64,000 nucleotides of DNA from positions 115,816,421 to 115,880,420 of the forward strand of contig NC_134837.1 in assembly GCF_004210375.1 (NCBI RefSeq), in the 5' to 3' direction. Shown here in pieces: positions 11,050 to 24,248 of this stretch (positions are counted from its first letter, which is position 1; each line of letters opens with the position of its first letter). The translations under genes were made by a program, and so were the position numbers. Source of the DNA: Tachypleus tridentatus (taxonomy: Eukaryota). The notes under the pieces were generated by a model. The model searched no databases. It was given only the letters and a program-made list of their open reading frames with translations, and was not told where the DNA came from.

Positions 11050-14000
11050 TGTTGAATAAGTGTAGACAAAGTTTAAATGAAATGAATACTGACTTTCAGT
11101 ATGGTACGTACCTCCTCTCACAAGAATATTCCAACATGATTCTCATGCAAACCATCTTGTGTCATTTCTTAACCAATGATAGCATGACAAGCTCAGTGAC
11201 ACATATGATTCTCTCTACACTCATCTACTGAACTTTCACTTCTCATTTGGCAGCTTTCAAGTACAGATGTTTTTTTTTGTGTTTCATGATTTATTATGTG
11301 ACACATTTTGAACCTTGTTTGAAGTGGTTTTCATATTTGGTTGTCTGTTACTGTTTTTCTACCCACTTTTCTGAACAGTTTTTTTATGCAGTGTAGTAAA
11401 TTACGAATTTGGTAATCAGTGTTACAACTTCAGGGGCTACACTGATAACAAATCATCTGTCTCAGGCCTTAGGATGCAAATAACCTGATTTTGAATCTTT
11501 TTTATTTGTCCACTGGGAGACTGAATGATACTTTGATCACCATAAATTTGCTCATGCTCCTTCTGCATCAACTGATGTTCTTCAGTAGGGAGATTATTTT
11601 GGTTCTCCTTACTATGACATATTTTTTTTCCCCAATTCCAATTTGAATATTCTAGTAGGCCTTCTTTAGCCTTTACGGATTTTGTATCTCAGGTTTGTGA
11701 TGTTTTGTTTCTTTCCTCTATATCTTATTTTCCATGTCCTTCTTTGTTACATAAGCACTGTTCTCAAACCTTTTTGGTTTATCCTCTTTCTCCTGATGTT
11801 CAGGTCCATGCTGCTCACTATCTCTCCCAGTTAGTGAAGATAACAGTTTGCCACACCCTTTGCAAGCCTCTGATTAGTATGTCCTAGCTTAACATCAGGC
11901 AGAATATCCTCACCCATGCCCAATATTCATGCCTTTGTGCTACCATTATTACCCTCCTCAGTATCTGTCTTCCATCCATTTCCTCTCAGAGGATCTCCAC
12001 AGAAATACCAAGGGATTTTCTGCCAGTACCCTTCACCTTTTCATTTGGCCCATATTTCTTTCTTGGCTCTGTCATTACTCATGTGGTTTCTTTGCTGTTG
12101 GGACCTTATTGGTAGGAATTCTTTTCTGGTTCAAGTTAATTTATACTCCACTTACCTCAAGAACTAGCATCTTGCTCTTTTATTTCAACATTGTGTTTTT
12201 GACATGGCATCTAACAATATTGAGACATGGGTAACATCTGCTCAGCAACTATCCACCCATACAACATTTGAGGCCCATTTGTCTTGAGCTATTTCTGTCT
12301 CCTGTCCTTCCTTCTCCCATTACTTCCAATCTGCTGAGGTCATCTACAATGTATCATCTGTCATCACCAGTACCAGTGACTACCTGGTGCTTGAGAGGTT
12401 CCATCACTTTTAGATATGTGACCTTCCATGACCACATATACCCTCTTGGTCATGCCCTTGTGAGATCAATGCAGTGGACATTTCACAACCAGTAGCACCT
12501 TGCTCCTTCCTCCTTCCATGAGATTTGATCTTCTGTGGTGGTTTGCCAAAGCCCATATGTCAGTAGATGTGCCACTTCCTCCTCCACGTCAGGATGTCCA
12601 TCTGTTCATGGACACTTCTTTCAGAGATAGAGGCTATGGTCGATCACCACAAAGTTTTGGGCCTTTGGTATGTGAACAAATTCATCATGTTTGTTAATGT
12701 TCTCAAATTTCTTACTGGTTGTTAGGCATTATCTTTACTCCTTTCTCTTGCCTATTTTTGTCTAGTGATAGTTCATCTTGACAACATTATGGTTGTAGCT
12801 CAATCAATTACCAAGGGGGTACCAGGTCCATAGATCTTTGTTTCCTGAACTTTAATCTTCTGTATTGTGCACAGATACACAATTTTTGTCTTTTTGCATT
12901 TCATGTGCTGAGTACTTTCAATCTTGCAGTGGATCGTCCTGCATATCTAGACAAAATCTATCCCACAGAGTGGTCATTAGATTTGATCATTTTCAGTGAC
13001 CTTTGCCACATATGGGACTCTATCCACTTGGATCCATTTGCCATGGGTCTTGTCCCTTTTTTGATCACCTGTCTCACATCCTCAGTCTCTGGCTGTTAAT
13101 GCCTTTATCAGGATTGGTATTTTAAAAACTTTTATGAGTTTACTTCATTTGTTGATTTCTCTGGTACATTTCACTCCTTTTCAGATCTTCCTTGTTGCAC
13201 CCTATTGGCCTGCAACAATGGTTTCCAAGGCTGTAATGTTTACTTCTCTTGCCTCCTGTTCCTTTTCACTATTTCTCTCTCTTCTGTGTCAACCTTGATC
13301 CCCATCTCTTCATCCCAAACTCCCTATCTTACATCTTAATGCATTACTTTTGTCCTGTCCTTGGCAAGGAGATTTGGCTTCATGCTTCAAGTTGCCACCC
13401 TGTCAGCTGCTGCCATTTGTCCATCATTCATGAAAGTTTACCAATGCAAGTGGGATGTTTTCCACTGTGGATCTGTTGGCAGGAAATATCCTGCTGTCAA
13501 GCCTTCATTGGCTCAGGGATGGAATTACTTCACCAACCCTTTGACTGTTGGTCTTTGGTCTCTTTGATTTCTGGTTAAAAGGCAGTACTCTCCTACATCT
13601 TCCATTTTTACAAATACTTTAGGGTTTTTAGTTCACCTTTTCTTACTATGCTTGTGTATTTCTTCCAGATACAGAAGCCTTCAAGGCATCCTCCCCTTTT
13701 GGATTGGGACATTAATGTGGTCCTCCATGTCCTGACTTTCCCTCTGTCTTAACCACTTTCCTTGCACTCCTTGTTTCATTTGACTCTTAGGACCTATTTC
13801 CTTCTCCTTTTGACAAGTGGATGTTGCTAATCTAATTTATTTGCCATTGATGTTTTACACACCCTTTCTCATCCTCCCTATAGTTTCTTTTATCATAATC
13901 ATTCTTTTCTTCCCAAGATAGTAATAGCTCAAGAAGGTTGTTCATTCTTTTCTCCTATTTCCCCACCTTCTACATCCTATCTTTACCGGAATCTAGATCC

Positions 14001-16020
14001 CAGTAGACTGCTGTGTCTCATCAAAGCACTATAGTATTATACTAAATGTACATTTACCCTTCAGGGTACACACAACTGCCTTTAATTTTTCTGGCAGTCC
14101 TTCTTCCTTTGTGATCATTCTTCTTCTATCCTACAAATTAAGCTCACCTTCTGGTTCATTTGGCTTACTCCTCTCCTCTACTTGCTTCCTCCCATACCTT
14201 GTTCTCTGTGTCTCCTCATCAAATTCGTCATCTCACATTTTCCCATGCTTCTTGCCTTTCTATCTGTTGGAGGAAATTTTCCAAGCTGGTATGTGAATCA
14301 AGTCCATTATGTTCATCTTCCATTAAATTCATCACATTGTGCTTTCATCTGCATCTAGGTTTTATCTTCCACCTGTGGCTGTACTACAGACTTTGGTGCA
14401 ACTTTAACTATTAAGTTTTATTCCTTTATCTTTTTTTCAAAGACCTTTCTTTATTCCCTCTTTTTCCTATTGATCCTACTCTATGGTAGAAGTTGCCTGA
14501 CCAGGTATACAATAACAACAAAATCCACACTGTACACCTTATTGATCACATGCTCTTGTCTATGGCTCCACACAGTCACCATATAGATGAGGTGTTCCAC
14601 AAAATCACTGGAAGGTTATCCACCTAGCAATAATTTCTTCACAAACAAGTTTGTTCTGAACTGTACCACCTATGGACTGCATGGGTAGAATAGAAGGGGA
14701 TAGCTTCCCATCCTTTTAGTGAAGAACTTGGTATGGTTTGCTTTTTAGAGTAGAGTATCATGGTCACCCATTGCACTGTCTTTAGTGATGTTGGTCCTAT
14801 GGACTCTCCAGTGCATTTGCACCTCCCCTCTTCTTTGAGTAGAGTATGGGAGTCTTTACTACTTATCATTTCTCTACTGTTGAGGTGGTGGACCATGGAG
14901 GCTTCCTTGTGAATGGCTTTAATTAAACAGTTGACTATAACCATTAAGTTTAGAATAGGATGGTGGTATTCTGCTGCTGTAGATGCAGTGTGGTGGACTT
15001 GGCCTCATGATACTATTTCTGCTATCACAGAAGTGGAACTGTCTCCTTCCTAGATGACATGGCCTCCTCACTCTATATGCACAATCACAGGAGCTGATCT
15101 GTCACCTTCCTGGATGATGTGGCCTCCTGACACTATAAATGAGATCATAGAAGTTGATCCATTACTTTCCTTGTTGATGTGGTTTCCTGATACTATTTAC
15201 ATTATCACAGGAATTGATCCATCATCATCTTGGATAACATGATCTCTTTCTTCTATTTACATGTTTAACAATACCTGCCACCACTTCAGTTGATCCATCA
15301 CACATGCAATTTGCCCCTTTTGATTTGAAGCTGTCAACCTACCTTCACAGGGACTTGGGTTCCAAAGCATTGAGGTGTTGGCTTGAAGTGAACCAACCAA
15401 CATAAGCCCTCACACAAGTTGAATTCATCCTCTTGATGCCAAATGGCGATTCTTGGATTGTTGTAGGATGCTGATCCTTGTGTTGTACCCAGGAATTAGT
15501 GCAGCTCTTAATCCTCAATGTTTGTGGATGTCTGTACTGCATAGAGAATGTTTTGAATGTGGTTAACTTGCTGAGTGAGGTCTGATATGCCATAGCAACT
15601 CTTAAACTTCACAATTTCTGCCTAAGTGTTTTACAAATTTCTACATGTGAAGAGTACCTAGCTCAGAAGTGGTGTGGTTCCTCTACTCTGATCTCTGAAT
15701 CTCTCTCTCTCATGTTCAGGAGTACTTCATACTTCCCACCCTTCCTCCCCATTTCCCTAGTGTTCACATCTTCAGCAAAACTTTGAAGTAAAGGTTTGAT
15801 AGAGGAGTGTAGAGAGAATCACATGCAGTGAGCATGTCATGCTTCTGTTGTTTGAAAAGTAATGCATAATGATTTACATGAAAGTCTTGTTGGAATTTTC
15901 CAATTCTAACAGGGAGGAACAATAGTCTTGTGTCATACATAAAGAGAAAGTTTACAAATAGAGTGCAACACTGAACAAGAATAGCTGATATTGGGAGCGG
16001 AGGTAAGTACCTATTGGAAA
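11050..16020 (+). mobile_element. CT-rich retroelement remnant, referred to here as 'family R1', about 5 kb and heavily decayed. Tentatively DIRS-like
   Basis: Plus-strand translation gives 'VHLFMDTSFRDRGYG', resembling the DIRS/LTR RNase H start 'xxTDASxxGxGA', and 'EWSLDLIIFSDLCHIWDSIHLDPFA', resembling the DIRS 'EW.L....F..L...WG.P.VDLFAS' motif. Three other partial copies in the window share its 5', internal and 3'-terminal segments. Confidence 0.4.
14985..15265. repeat. Minisatellite of about 60 bp in 4.5 copies, inside the R1 element
   Basis: Successive units begin 'tggcctcatgatactatttctgctatcacagaagtggaactgtc...', 'tggcctcctcactctatatgcacaatcacaggagctgatctgtc...', 'tggcctcctgacactataaatgagatcatagaagttgatcc...' and 'tggtttcctgatactatttacattatcacaggaattgatcc...'. 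Confidence 0.75.
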
Positions 16021-16098
16021 TACATTTTAACTTTTTCTGTTCTTTTCTGAATTTTAAATAGATATTTTCAATAAATTTTGTCCACAGTTTTTGCTGAG

Positions 16099-16253
16099 AT
16101 GGCTGGATCAAAAGTATATTCAAAGGGGCAGTCTGATGATAGTAGCATTTATCGTATTCCACCATTTTACTACCTCCATGTTCTGGACCAAACATCAAAT
16201 GTAACTAGAGTAGAAGTTGGACCACAAACTTACATTAGGAAGGATAATGAAAG
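16099..16253 (+). CDS. MVP: Major vault protein, first coding exon (ATG at 16099; phase-2 donor 'ag|gttagt')
   Basis: It translates to '[52 protein letters not shown]', against human MVP '[36 protein letters not shown]'. A strong polypyrimidine tract and 'tccacag' acceptor at 16081-16087 suggest an upstream non-coding exon. Confidence 0.85.
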
Positions 16254-17707
16254 GTTAGTATAAACAATTTAATTTTATCTTCTTTGAAATTTAAAATGTT
16301 TTTTAATGTTGACTGTAAACCATTGCACTTGATGTAGGAATACTTGGAAATATGTGTATGAAAGAAATTTTCTTTTAGTAAAGTATTTAGATGTAATTAT
16401 TAAGCTGTGGACTTGCAGTAAGGTTGTGGTAGTAATACATTAACCATTGTCATCATTAATGACAATAGCCCATATGAATATTTAAAGTAATTATTAATTT
16501 GTTCTTAATTGTTGTTGTTTTATATTTGTGGTTCAGTTACTAATTTGTTGCTGTTTTGAAAGAAATTCTAATAAAGATTTCATGTGTGGTTTCAGTGATT
16601 GCCATCATTCAGTTCTTGGTCTTCTTGTTAAAAAAGTTGTTGTGCAATACATTTTTATGGGGTTTTCTCCATGAGTAAATGAATCATCTACTTAACTGGT
16701 TTTAAGAGGAGTATCTAAATTTTGCCAGCTTCTGTGCTAATTAAGTCTGAAGACATAAAAGACTGTAGTAATGATTTTTCTGCAACAATTCACCTTACCA
16801 GAGAAAACTACCATGAAATGAAAACAACTTACAAGTGATAAGACATAAATCATGCATACACAAAACAAAAAGAAAGGTAAAAGAATCTTTTATATCCTGC
16901 TAACTGGCATTTCATTCAAGCAGTGTAAATTAGAAGTCAGCACATCCTGAATATGCCTCATGAAACTTTAATAAGTTAGTGCTGTGTTTGGTAGTTTTTT
17001 TTTCTGAGAGAGAGAGAGATAAAACTGATGAATACATACAAGTCTCCTAAGAAGAATGCACCAAGTAGTTTGGAGTTTTGAATACACATCTGAACATAAT
17101 CGTAATAAAAATTTGTTTTAAAAAGCATGGTGCTTTTTACAGAATAAGTTTTAGTCTTTCTTACCTTATGATCTGAAGTCTTTCAAAGTAAATCAATAGC
17201 TTATTGGTATGTCTCTCCCAAAAGTCAAAACTGAAGTAACTTGCTGGTAACAGGCTTGTTACATATAACCTGACCCATGAATAACATTGTTCTTGTTTGT
17301 GCTTATGACATTGATACTTCTCTGTATATTGGTAGAAGGTTGAACCCAACCACACTATCTTGGAAGAAATAATTAAAACTGCTTCTGTTGCTTTAATGAC
17401 CTACTGCTAGTATTACCATCTGGTGGTAATGGATTAACCCTGATCACATTTTTTTCATGATTTGGGGATGTTGGCAAAACCATGTTGGTCTCTTTGACCT
17501 GATTGTCAGCTACCATAGCCATTTAAAATTAAACTGCTGATGTAGCAACATTTTTCAATATTTAGCTAGAGGGTAGACATCTAGACATTTTAAGCAAAGC
17601 CTGCTGACAAACCTGGTGAAATTAGTTGTAATAATTAATGTGAAAATATGAAGCTGTTTACCTGTTTTGGATCTAAGACATTTTGTATTGCTGAAAACTG
17701 GCATGTA

Positions 17708-18641
17708 CACCCTTGTGCAAATTAATTGAAACAAATAGTCATTTTACAATATTTTCAGCATGGCGGCCAGTGTAGGCTCGCTGGACCCGCTGATTTCCTT
17801 TAATAGTCATTTTTTCACACAGATGATGTCATTAGCTGTGTTTTGCAGTACAGTCAATCTATTTTTGGGATATATGACGAAAATTTGAAGAATATTACGT
17901 CATTCGAAATTGCATTAGAAAAGCAAGTAGATCAGTCAAAAAACAACTTTTACCAACTCAATGAAGAAAAAACAGTATCAATGGGGTCTGAAGTACAAGA
18001 ACTGGATGCAAGAACAATGGAGGAAGGTGTGATTCAGTGACGAGACGCATTTCTTCGTACAGGGTTAAAGAAGGTGAGAAACTTCGAGAATCTCACATCA
18101 GTCAGTTCGTAAAACATCCCTTGAAGAAGATGTTTTGGGGCTTTTTCAGCTACTATAGCGTCATAGAAGGTATGATGTGAGGACCACAGTACATCGAAGT
18201 TTTGCAGAGAAGAGTCGTTCCAGAATTGAAAAAGAGATTTCCAGATGAATCTGGCTCTGTGCGACACATCGAAACTTGTGAAGAATTTTATGACTACAAC
18301 ACGAATAAAGGTGTTGTACTGGCCTGGAAACTCTCTGGACTTAAATCCTATTGGAAATCTTTGAGTGATTTGTAAAGAAAGACTTCAGGGAAAAGACTGT
18401 ACTATGAAAGATAAGCTAATTGAGGCCATAATTGAGGTGTGATACCGTGATCCAAAAATTAGTAAAGATTGCAGTCAACTCATGGAGTCGATACAAAAGC
18501 AGATTAATGATCTTCTGGAAAATAAAAGCGGTCATATCATGTATTAATTTGTGAGTAATTTTTGGATTCTCAGAAATAAAACGCAAAAAATTGAAAAAAT
18601 CGTAATTTTCCATCTTGTTTCAATTAATTTGCACAAGGGTG
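17708..18641 (+). mobile_element. Tc1/mariner-type element of 934 bp, internally deleted, with about 30-bp terminal inverted repeats and flanked by TA target-site duplications (17706-07 and 18642-43)
   Basis: The left end 'CACCCTTGTGCAAATTAATTGAAACAA' and the right end 'TTGTTTCAATTAATTTGCACAAGGGTG' form the inverted repeat. The flanks read 'tg[TA]caccc' and 'gggtg[TA]cacc'. Internal transposase fragments on the + strand include '...KVLYWPGNSLDLNPIGNL' (cf. 'WPSQSPDLNPIENLW'). Confidence 0.8.
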
Positions 18642-19403
18642 TACACCAAAGATAGTGAGTCTGCCAGGTAGCTCTTCATAACTAGCTTCTGATAACATGT
18701 AAAAACAGGAAATCCAGATGACTTTTGTATTGCTTTAATATGAGCATCTGTGCCATCTCTACACAGAGAATACTGGCACACTTTACAATATTCTCTATTA
18801 GCTCTCTTACAACAGCTATTCGTTACTGTGCATGTCAAGAAGTTTTAATAGCTTACATTCAAAATTTTATTAAACTACTTTTTGTTTATTTTATACCAGT
18901 TAATACATAAAAAAGTAGCTAATAATCCATTTTTTAATACTATAGAAGTTTTAGTTTTATAAGTTAGTATTTAAAAAAAAAATCCTGAATTTTCCCTAGT
19001 GTGACACATTGGCTCCAAGCATGTCCTCTTCTCTTATTTTATCCATCACCCTTTTAATAAGTATGAAATTAAATGTAAATTACTGACTACATAATCATCA
19101 TTGCTCAGATAAGCCATAATTTCTATAGCTTTAAAGTTTGTGTGTTTATAGAGCTGTCAAAGAGAAAATCAAACTCCTCTTGCCACATCCTGTCTTTTAG
19201 TGTTTGTTAATAGATCTCTCTTATGTTTAATTCTATATTATTTATAACCAATAGAAATCCAAGGTTTTTATCTGTCAAATGACACATTATATTACATTAT
19301 TTTCTGAATGGAGAATTGTCAGTCTTTCTGTTAGTACAAGCATCATTGCCATAAGAAAGGTAATAACTAGTTTTGAAAAAATACTCGGCTAAGTACTTCA
19401 TTT

Positions 19404-19503
19404 CTTGATTTCATGTTTATTTATTATAATGAAAGTAACTAAAATGTAAAATGAGGAACCTCATGTTTATTTATTATAATAAAAGTATCTAAAATATAAA
19501 ATG
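19404..19503. repeat. Tandem duplication of about 50 bp in two copies
   Basis: 'catgtttatttattataatgaaagtaactaaaatgtaaaatgaggaacct' is followed by 'catgtttatttattataataaaagtatctaaaatataaaatgaggaacct'. Confidence 0.8.
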
Positions 19504-21399
19504 AGGAACCTCTTTAAGTTGGTTAAGATTAGATTAGGTAAAATAATTAATAGTAGTATAATAATGTTTCATAAGACATGCACATAAACAGCTAGAAGTA
19601 GTTAGACATGGTTCAAAGGGCAATAAAACAATAAAATTTAATTATAATTAAGTATAGTTTCATGTTATAGTTTGAAGTCATTCCAGAAAGAAAAAGAGGG
19701 GAAGTTCAATTACTTTTTGGTGGTCAAATTGACCAACCTTGCATAGGGTTATATTAGAGAAAATAACAGATAAAGTTTTACTGAAAACAAACATTTTGAA
19801 TGTATTTAGTAGGTTTTAGGAATTATACAAACAAAAATTGTAATTTTTAAGATGAAAAAAGTATTTTTAATCTTAGCAGGAAAATTACTTTCCACATGAA
19901 CTGTTTAAAACAAATAGTCATTATATTCATAGAAAAATCTTTCTCTTACTTATATGTATATGTAGTCAATATGCATTTTATATGCAAAGTTATAGTATGC
20001 ATAAGCAGTGGCCACTTGTCAAAGCAATGATGTTTGTATCCACTTGCACTTTATTGAAATGTGGAGACAGTTGCATATAGATAGAGAACTTAGTGATGCA
20101 TTGTATTTTATTCATACAAAAATCCAGATGGTCTGAAAACCCAAATGGCACTCTTTAAACAAAAGAGCTGTGACTAGCATCTTCAAAAGAAACACAGTAT
20201 TTCTATGCTTCTCATAAAATTAAATTGGGTTATAGAATAAATAAATGGTCATATATTTAAATAGTTGAAGCTACCATGCATGGTATTTACTAACCCATAA
20301 TTTCCTATTATTAGAAACTATATAAGAATGTCTGTGCTCTTTGCAACTGCTACTGATCTAATCTCATACAAAATATAAAAACCGATGTTTGTGTTACAAA
20401 ATACAGATAATTGAAAGAATTCAGTACATTACAACAGATTGCAAAGACTAAAACTTGTTGCAAAAGAGTCTAATTGATGTGGGGGAAAAGATTGAAGCAG
20501 ATTATGTGGTTTTAAACTTTCCATAATTGTCTGTGGTCAGCTAGAGTAGGCAGCATCATATACAGGATAATATCTGTCTGATAATATGCTAAATAGAAAA
20601 AGGGATGGCCATCTCTATTAAGATTCAGTTCTTGCTGTGTTTCAAGTAAGTTGTATTCTTTCTGGATTCAAAATGACAAGGTAACCCATTAATATGTGCA
20701 TGATATTGCTTTGTTGTACAAATACAAAAGAGGTGAGATTCTGTGCACACTAGGCATTAGTAATGTGGTTCCTAGGACTCAAATGTCATAAAGAACTGAG
20801 GCTGCCAAGAGCAACTTCTGTACCTGAAAGGGTTAAATCTGAATGACTAACTTGATTAATTGAAATAATTAATTAGGATTAAAATTAATCAATGTCACAA
20901 AAATAATCAACATATCAAAATTTAATGTTTTTAATTATTACTCTTTCAGATTATTGAACTATCCAAATAGTCAAACTAATGCCATTATTTCTCATGTTTT
21001 CAGTTATTTCAAGTTTATTTAGATTAATTGATTAGTGTCATAACTCATGAAAACAAGTGTCAAATTGAATTTTGCTGTTTAAAAATAATAAATCTTTGGT
21101 TTCTTTGAAGAAAATATTGTTGGGTACACAACAGTGGCTAATTTTATGCCCATGTTACTGCTGCAGCAGATTTACTGACCATGTCAACCTGGTCAGATCC
21201 CCAATTATCAGCCTGTGATGTGACAGCTGGAGTTGACAAATTTCATGCAACACTCAAAGCCACCTGGTGTTTGTCCTTTCATTCATGTTCAGGATTTGAG
21301 TGATCAGGAAGATAAGGATTTAAATAATCTTTTTTTTTGTCCATTCTGAACATGCCTATCAATCACATGTCATTTTAAGGAATTGCCCTGACCTCTTTC

Positions 21400-23400
21400 C
21401 TCTTTTGCAGAATTGATTAATCAGGTATGTTCTGTTCTGACCTTATCTCTTGTTTCATATGGTTCCATCCCAGCTCTTCTTGGGAAAGAACTGTTGGGTC
21501 ATTATTTAATGTTTCCTCCTTTCCCTTATATTGGGGTTCTTACAAGTTTTTTTTGGGAGCAGTTATGTTGGGAGATTATTATGCCTTGACACCCCCTCCA
21601 TATACTGTGCATGGTATGCTTTTGTTTATCATCATTCCAACCTTCCATATTTGGAGTCACTTTTCTCTTTGTGGGGATCAAACCCTGATACTTCATGTAA
21701 CTTTTCCCATCCACAGCTTTCTGTCCTAATCTTACTCTGACTGCCCTTCTTCTACCCTCATCATCCCTTCACCTTTTTTTCTGAGGTTGTTCATTGTTCC
21801 CCTGAAGTGGTTTTCAAAAGTTACTTGGAATCTCATTTTCCCTGCAATGGCATGCCTATCCTCTTTGGCCCTGGCATTGTGTGACTTATGCATGGCACAT
21901 ATTTTGCAAAAAGAGGTATTCAGAGGTATCCTTGACTTGTTGAGTTAAAGGTTGAGCCATTCCATCTGCATACTTCCCTCTCATCCATGTCCTTCACTTA
22001 TCCCATCAATCTGTTCCTGTGTTTCACCTCACCCCTCTTCTAATCCCTTCCCAGTTCTGGTTGTTTGAGCATCTGTTGTTTGCTCTAAATGTATGAGCAG
22101 CATCTCATCATACTTTTCTTATACTGTGGAAAAGGTTCTCTCTATTTTTGGGAAGTGGGCTTCTTTTATAAGTTGTCATTCCTCTTGGTTATGATCACGT
22201 GTACAATTTTCAGTGAATTTTGATAGACTAAAGGCATCTTGTTCGGGATCTCTTAGATGCCATTCTTACCTTTCGAGACTGATTTCACCTGGTGGTTGAG
22301 TTTATACAATACTACTGTGAGTGTTTTTTCCTCATCCAGAATGTCTCCTGAATTTGGATGCTTGTCTTTGCGGTTGGCTGGCATATCTTGACATTCAGAA
22401 GATTTTGGAGTGTTGTATTAAGTCCTCTCTTCATATTGGTATTTTTGAACTTCTTCTTTCTGTTTGAGATTTACTTCAAAACTAGTTGGTAATGGCCTAC
22501 TCTGACAGTTCTGTGATGGTCCTGTACATCACCAGGCAAGGGAACACTCAACAAGAGACCTCTGTTTTTCAATATTGTATCTTCTACATTAGACCCACAG
22601 CCATCACATCACTTTCTTAACATGTCATATTCCTGATGTTCTACTTACAGATTTGTTATTTTATCTCAGTATGATTCTCGTTAGGTACTGGTCTTTGGAT
22701 TATCATATTTTTAAAAGGTTATATGCTTAGTGAGATATCTCAGATTTGAAAATTTTTGCCACTCATCTTAATACACATTTTCCCTAATTTTGTTCTTTTG
22801 TTCCTCATCCTTTGGTGAGAGCAGTCAGTGCCCTCAGTTAAAGTTGGACAGGTTGGTACCTATATTCATATTTTCCTATTCCTCTCCTTCCAAGTGTCTT
22901 TGCCACAATTCAGACCACTATATATTGTGTTCATTTAGTTCTACACTGGGTTTTGATGTTGTCCCCCTTCTTTTATCTCTGACACTCATGTTTATGTCAT
23001 CCATCCATTATCATGCTTTCTTCATATGTGGCTTTTTTCCAGTCATTTGGCAGAAGGGCCAAACATTTGCAAGATGTAGCTTCTTTCATTTACTGTACTG
23101 TTTGTTCATCCTGCATGGTGGTTTTCCAGTGTAAGTAGTATATGTACTATTGTTGTCCTATCAAATGGAGTTGTTCGTCCCATCTTACTATTACTCGCAT
23201 AATATCCTTTTTGATGTGATGTGGTCTCCCATGGGTGTTTTTAGTTCTTTCTCACGCCTCGTGGTTTTCCTTTGGGCATTTACTAAAGGGGATGAGGATC
23301 ATTTTCTCACTTCCTTCTACCTGTGCTTTGTGGGATTCTGGTTTTATGTGAGATGAGGTAAGATATATTAGTGAAAGTTAACATTTTCTTAAACTGGAAA
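21400..23400 (+). repeat. CT-rich decayed interspersed repeat, probably a retroelement remnant of unclassified family
   Basis: Composition shifts abruptly to C+T-rich, with many overlapping short ORFs in all + frames, as in the other R1/LINE remnants. No diagnostic protein motif was recognised. Confidence 0.3.
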
Positions 23401-23689
23401 TATATTTCCCATAAGTACTTACACTCTTTCACATTTCTAACCCATTTGCTACACTTCCAGTATGATAGTTACAGTAGACTGTGGTGGCTGGGAGGTATAC
23501 TAGTTAATTTAGACAACTGGTTGAGACCCTTCATAGTAATATAATTTGCCTACTGGGATACTATTTAGTGCCTTATCAACATAATAGGGGTTGGAATGGT
23601 ATCTTAAGGAGGTAAGTTTATTTAATTTATTTACCCAGAAATAGTAGTACTTTATTTTTATTGTTTATGCATTTTATTTTCATTTATTT

Positions 23690-24235
23690 ATTATTTTTCT
23701 TCTCTTTCTTTACCTTGGAGAGTAGTCACCTTCCCACAACTCTCTGCAGGCAGTGAAGGATGATATACGTGTGGGAGTCAGCACCCACATCTCGCTCTCC
23801 TAATTTCTATTAATTTTATTTTTATTTCTATTCTTTATTTTATTTCTTTATGTGAGACTATCAAATGGAGGTTAAGACTGATAGATGGTGTATCCCTACC
23901 ACAGTGAGAGTCCAAGTTCTTCACTCACCTCCAAAACCTAGGGTACATTTTATATCCCACATTATAGCCTGTACCCTAAGGATCCTTTCAACTGGTGTAA
24001 CATTTTTAATTTTTGTTTTGCTCTTTTTTGTTCATAACAAACTAACATTAGTCAGAGGTTTAGATTTACTGTTTTTAACACAGTCCTTCCTTCTGATTTT
24101 GTTTTATTTAACTCAACTCTTCAGTGTTAATAGTCTATATGTATGATAATTTTATTTTTTCACTAGCCCATCTAATTTATGTAAGACTATTTATCTAGAG
24201 ACTGTAATAAAATGTACTATATTTTAACCTTCATG
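23690..24235 (+). repeat. Interspersed repeat 'family B' copy 1, about 0.5 kb and unclassified. It ends about 14 bp upstream of the MVP exon-2 acceptor
   Basis: It shares 'ggagag(t/c)agtcaccttcc.acaac...tgcaggcagtgaa.g.tgatata...gcacccacatctcgctctc.taatttcta...ggaggttaagactgatagatggtgtatc...cctccaaa.cctagg.tacattttata' with 59930-60400. Confidence 0.7.
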
Positions 24236-24248
24236 TTTTACAATCAAG

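Noticed and set aside
14639-14944. Minus-strand ORFs at 14639-14944 and 60451-60861 that are homologous to each other, suggesting a conserved protein-coding gene
   Set aside because: Both lie within copies of the same interspersed repeat family (R1), so their similarity reflects repeat homology. The peptides have no recognisable domain, and the surrounding frames are broken.
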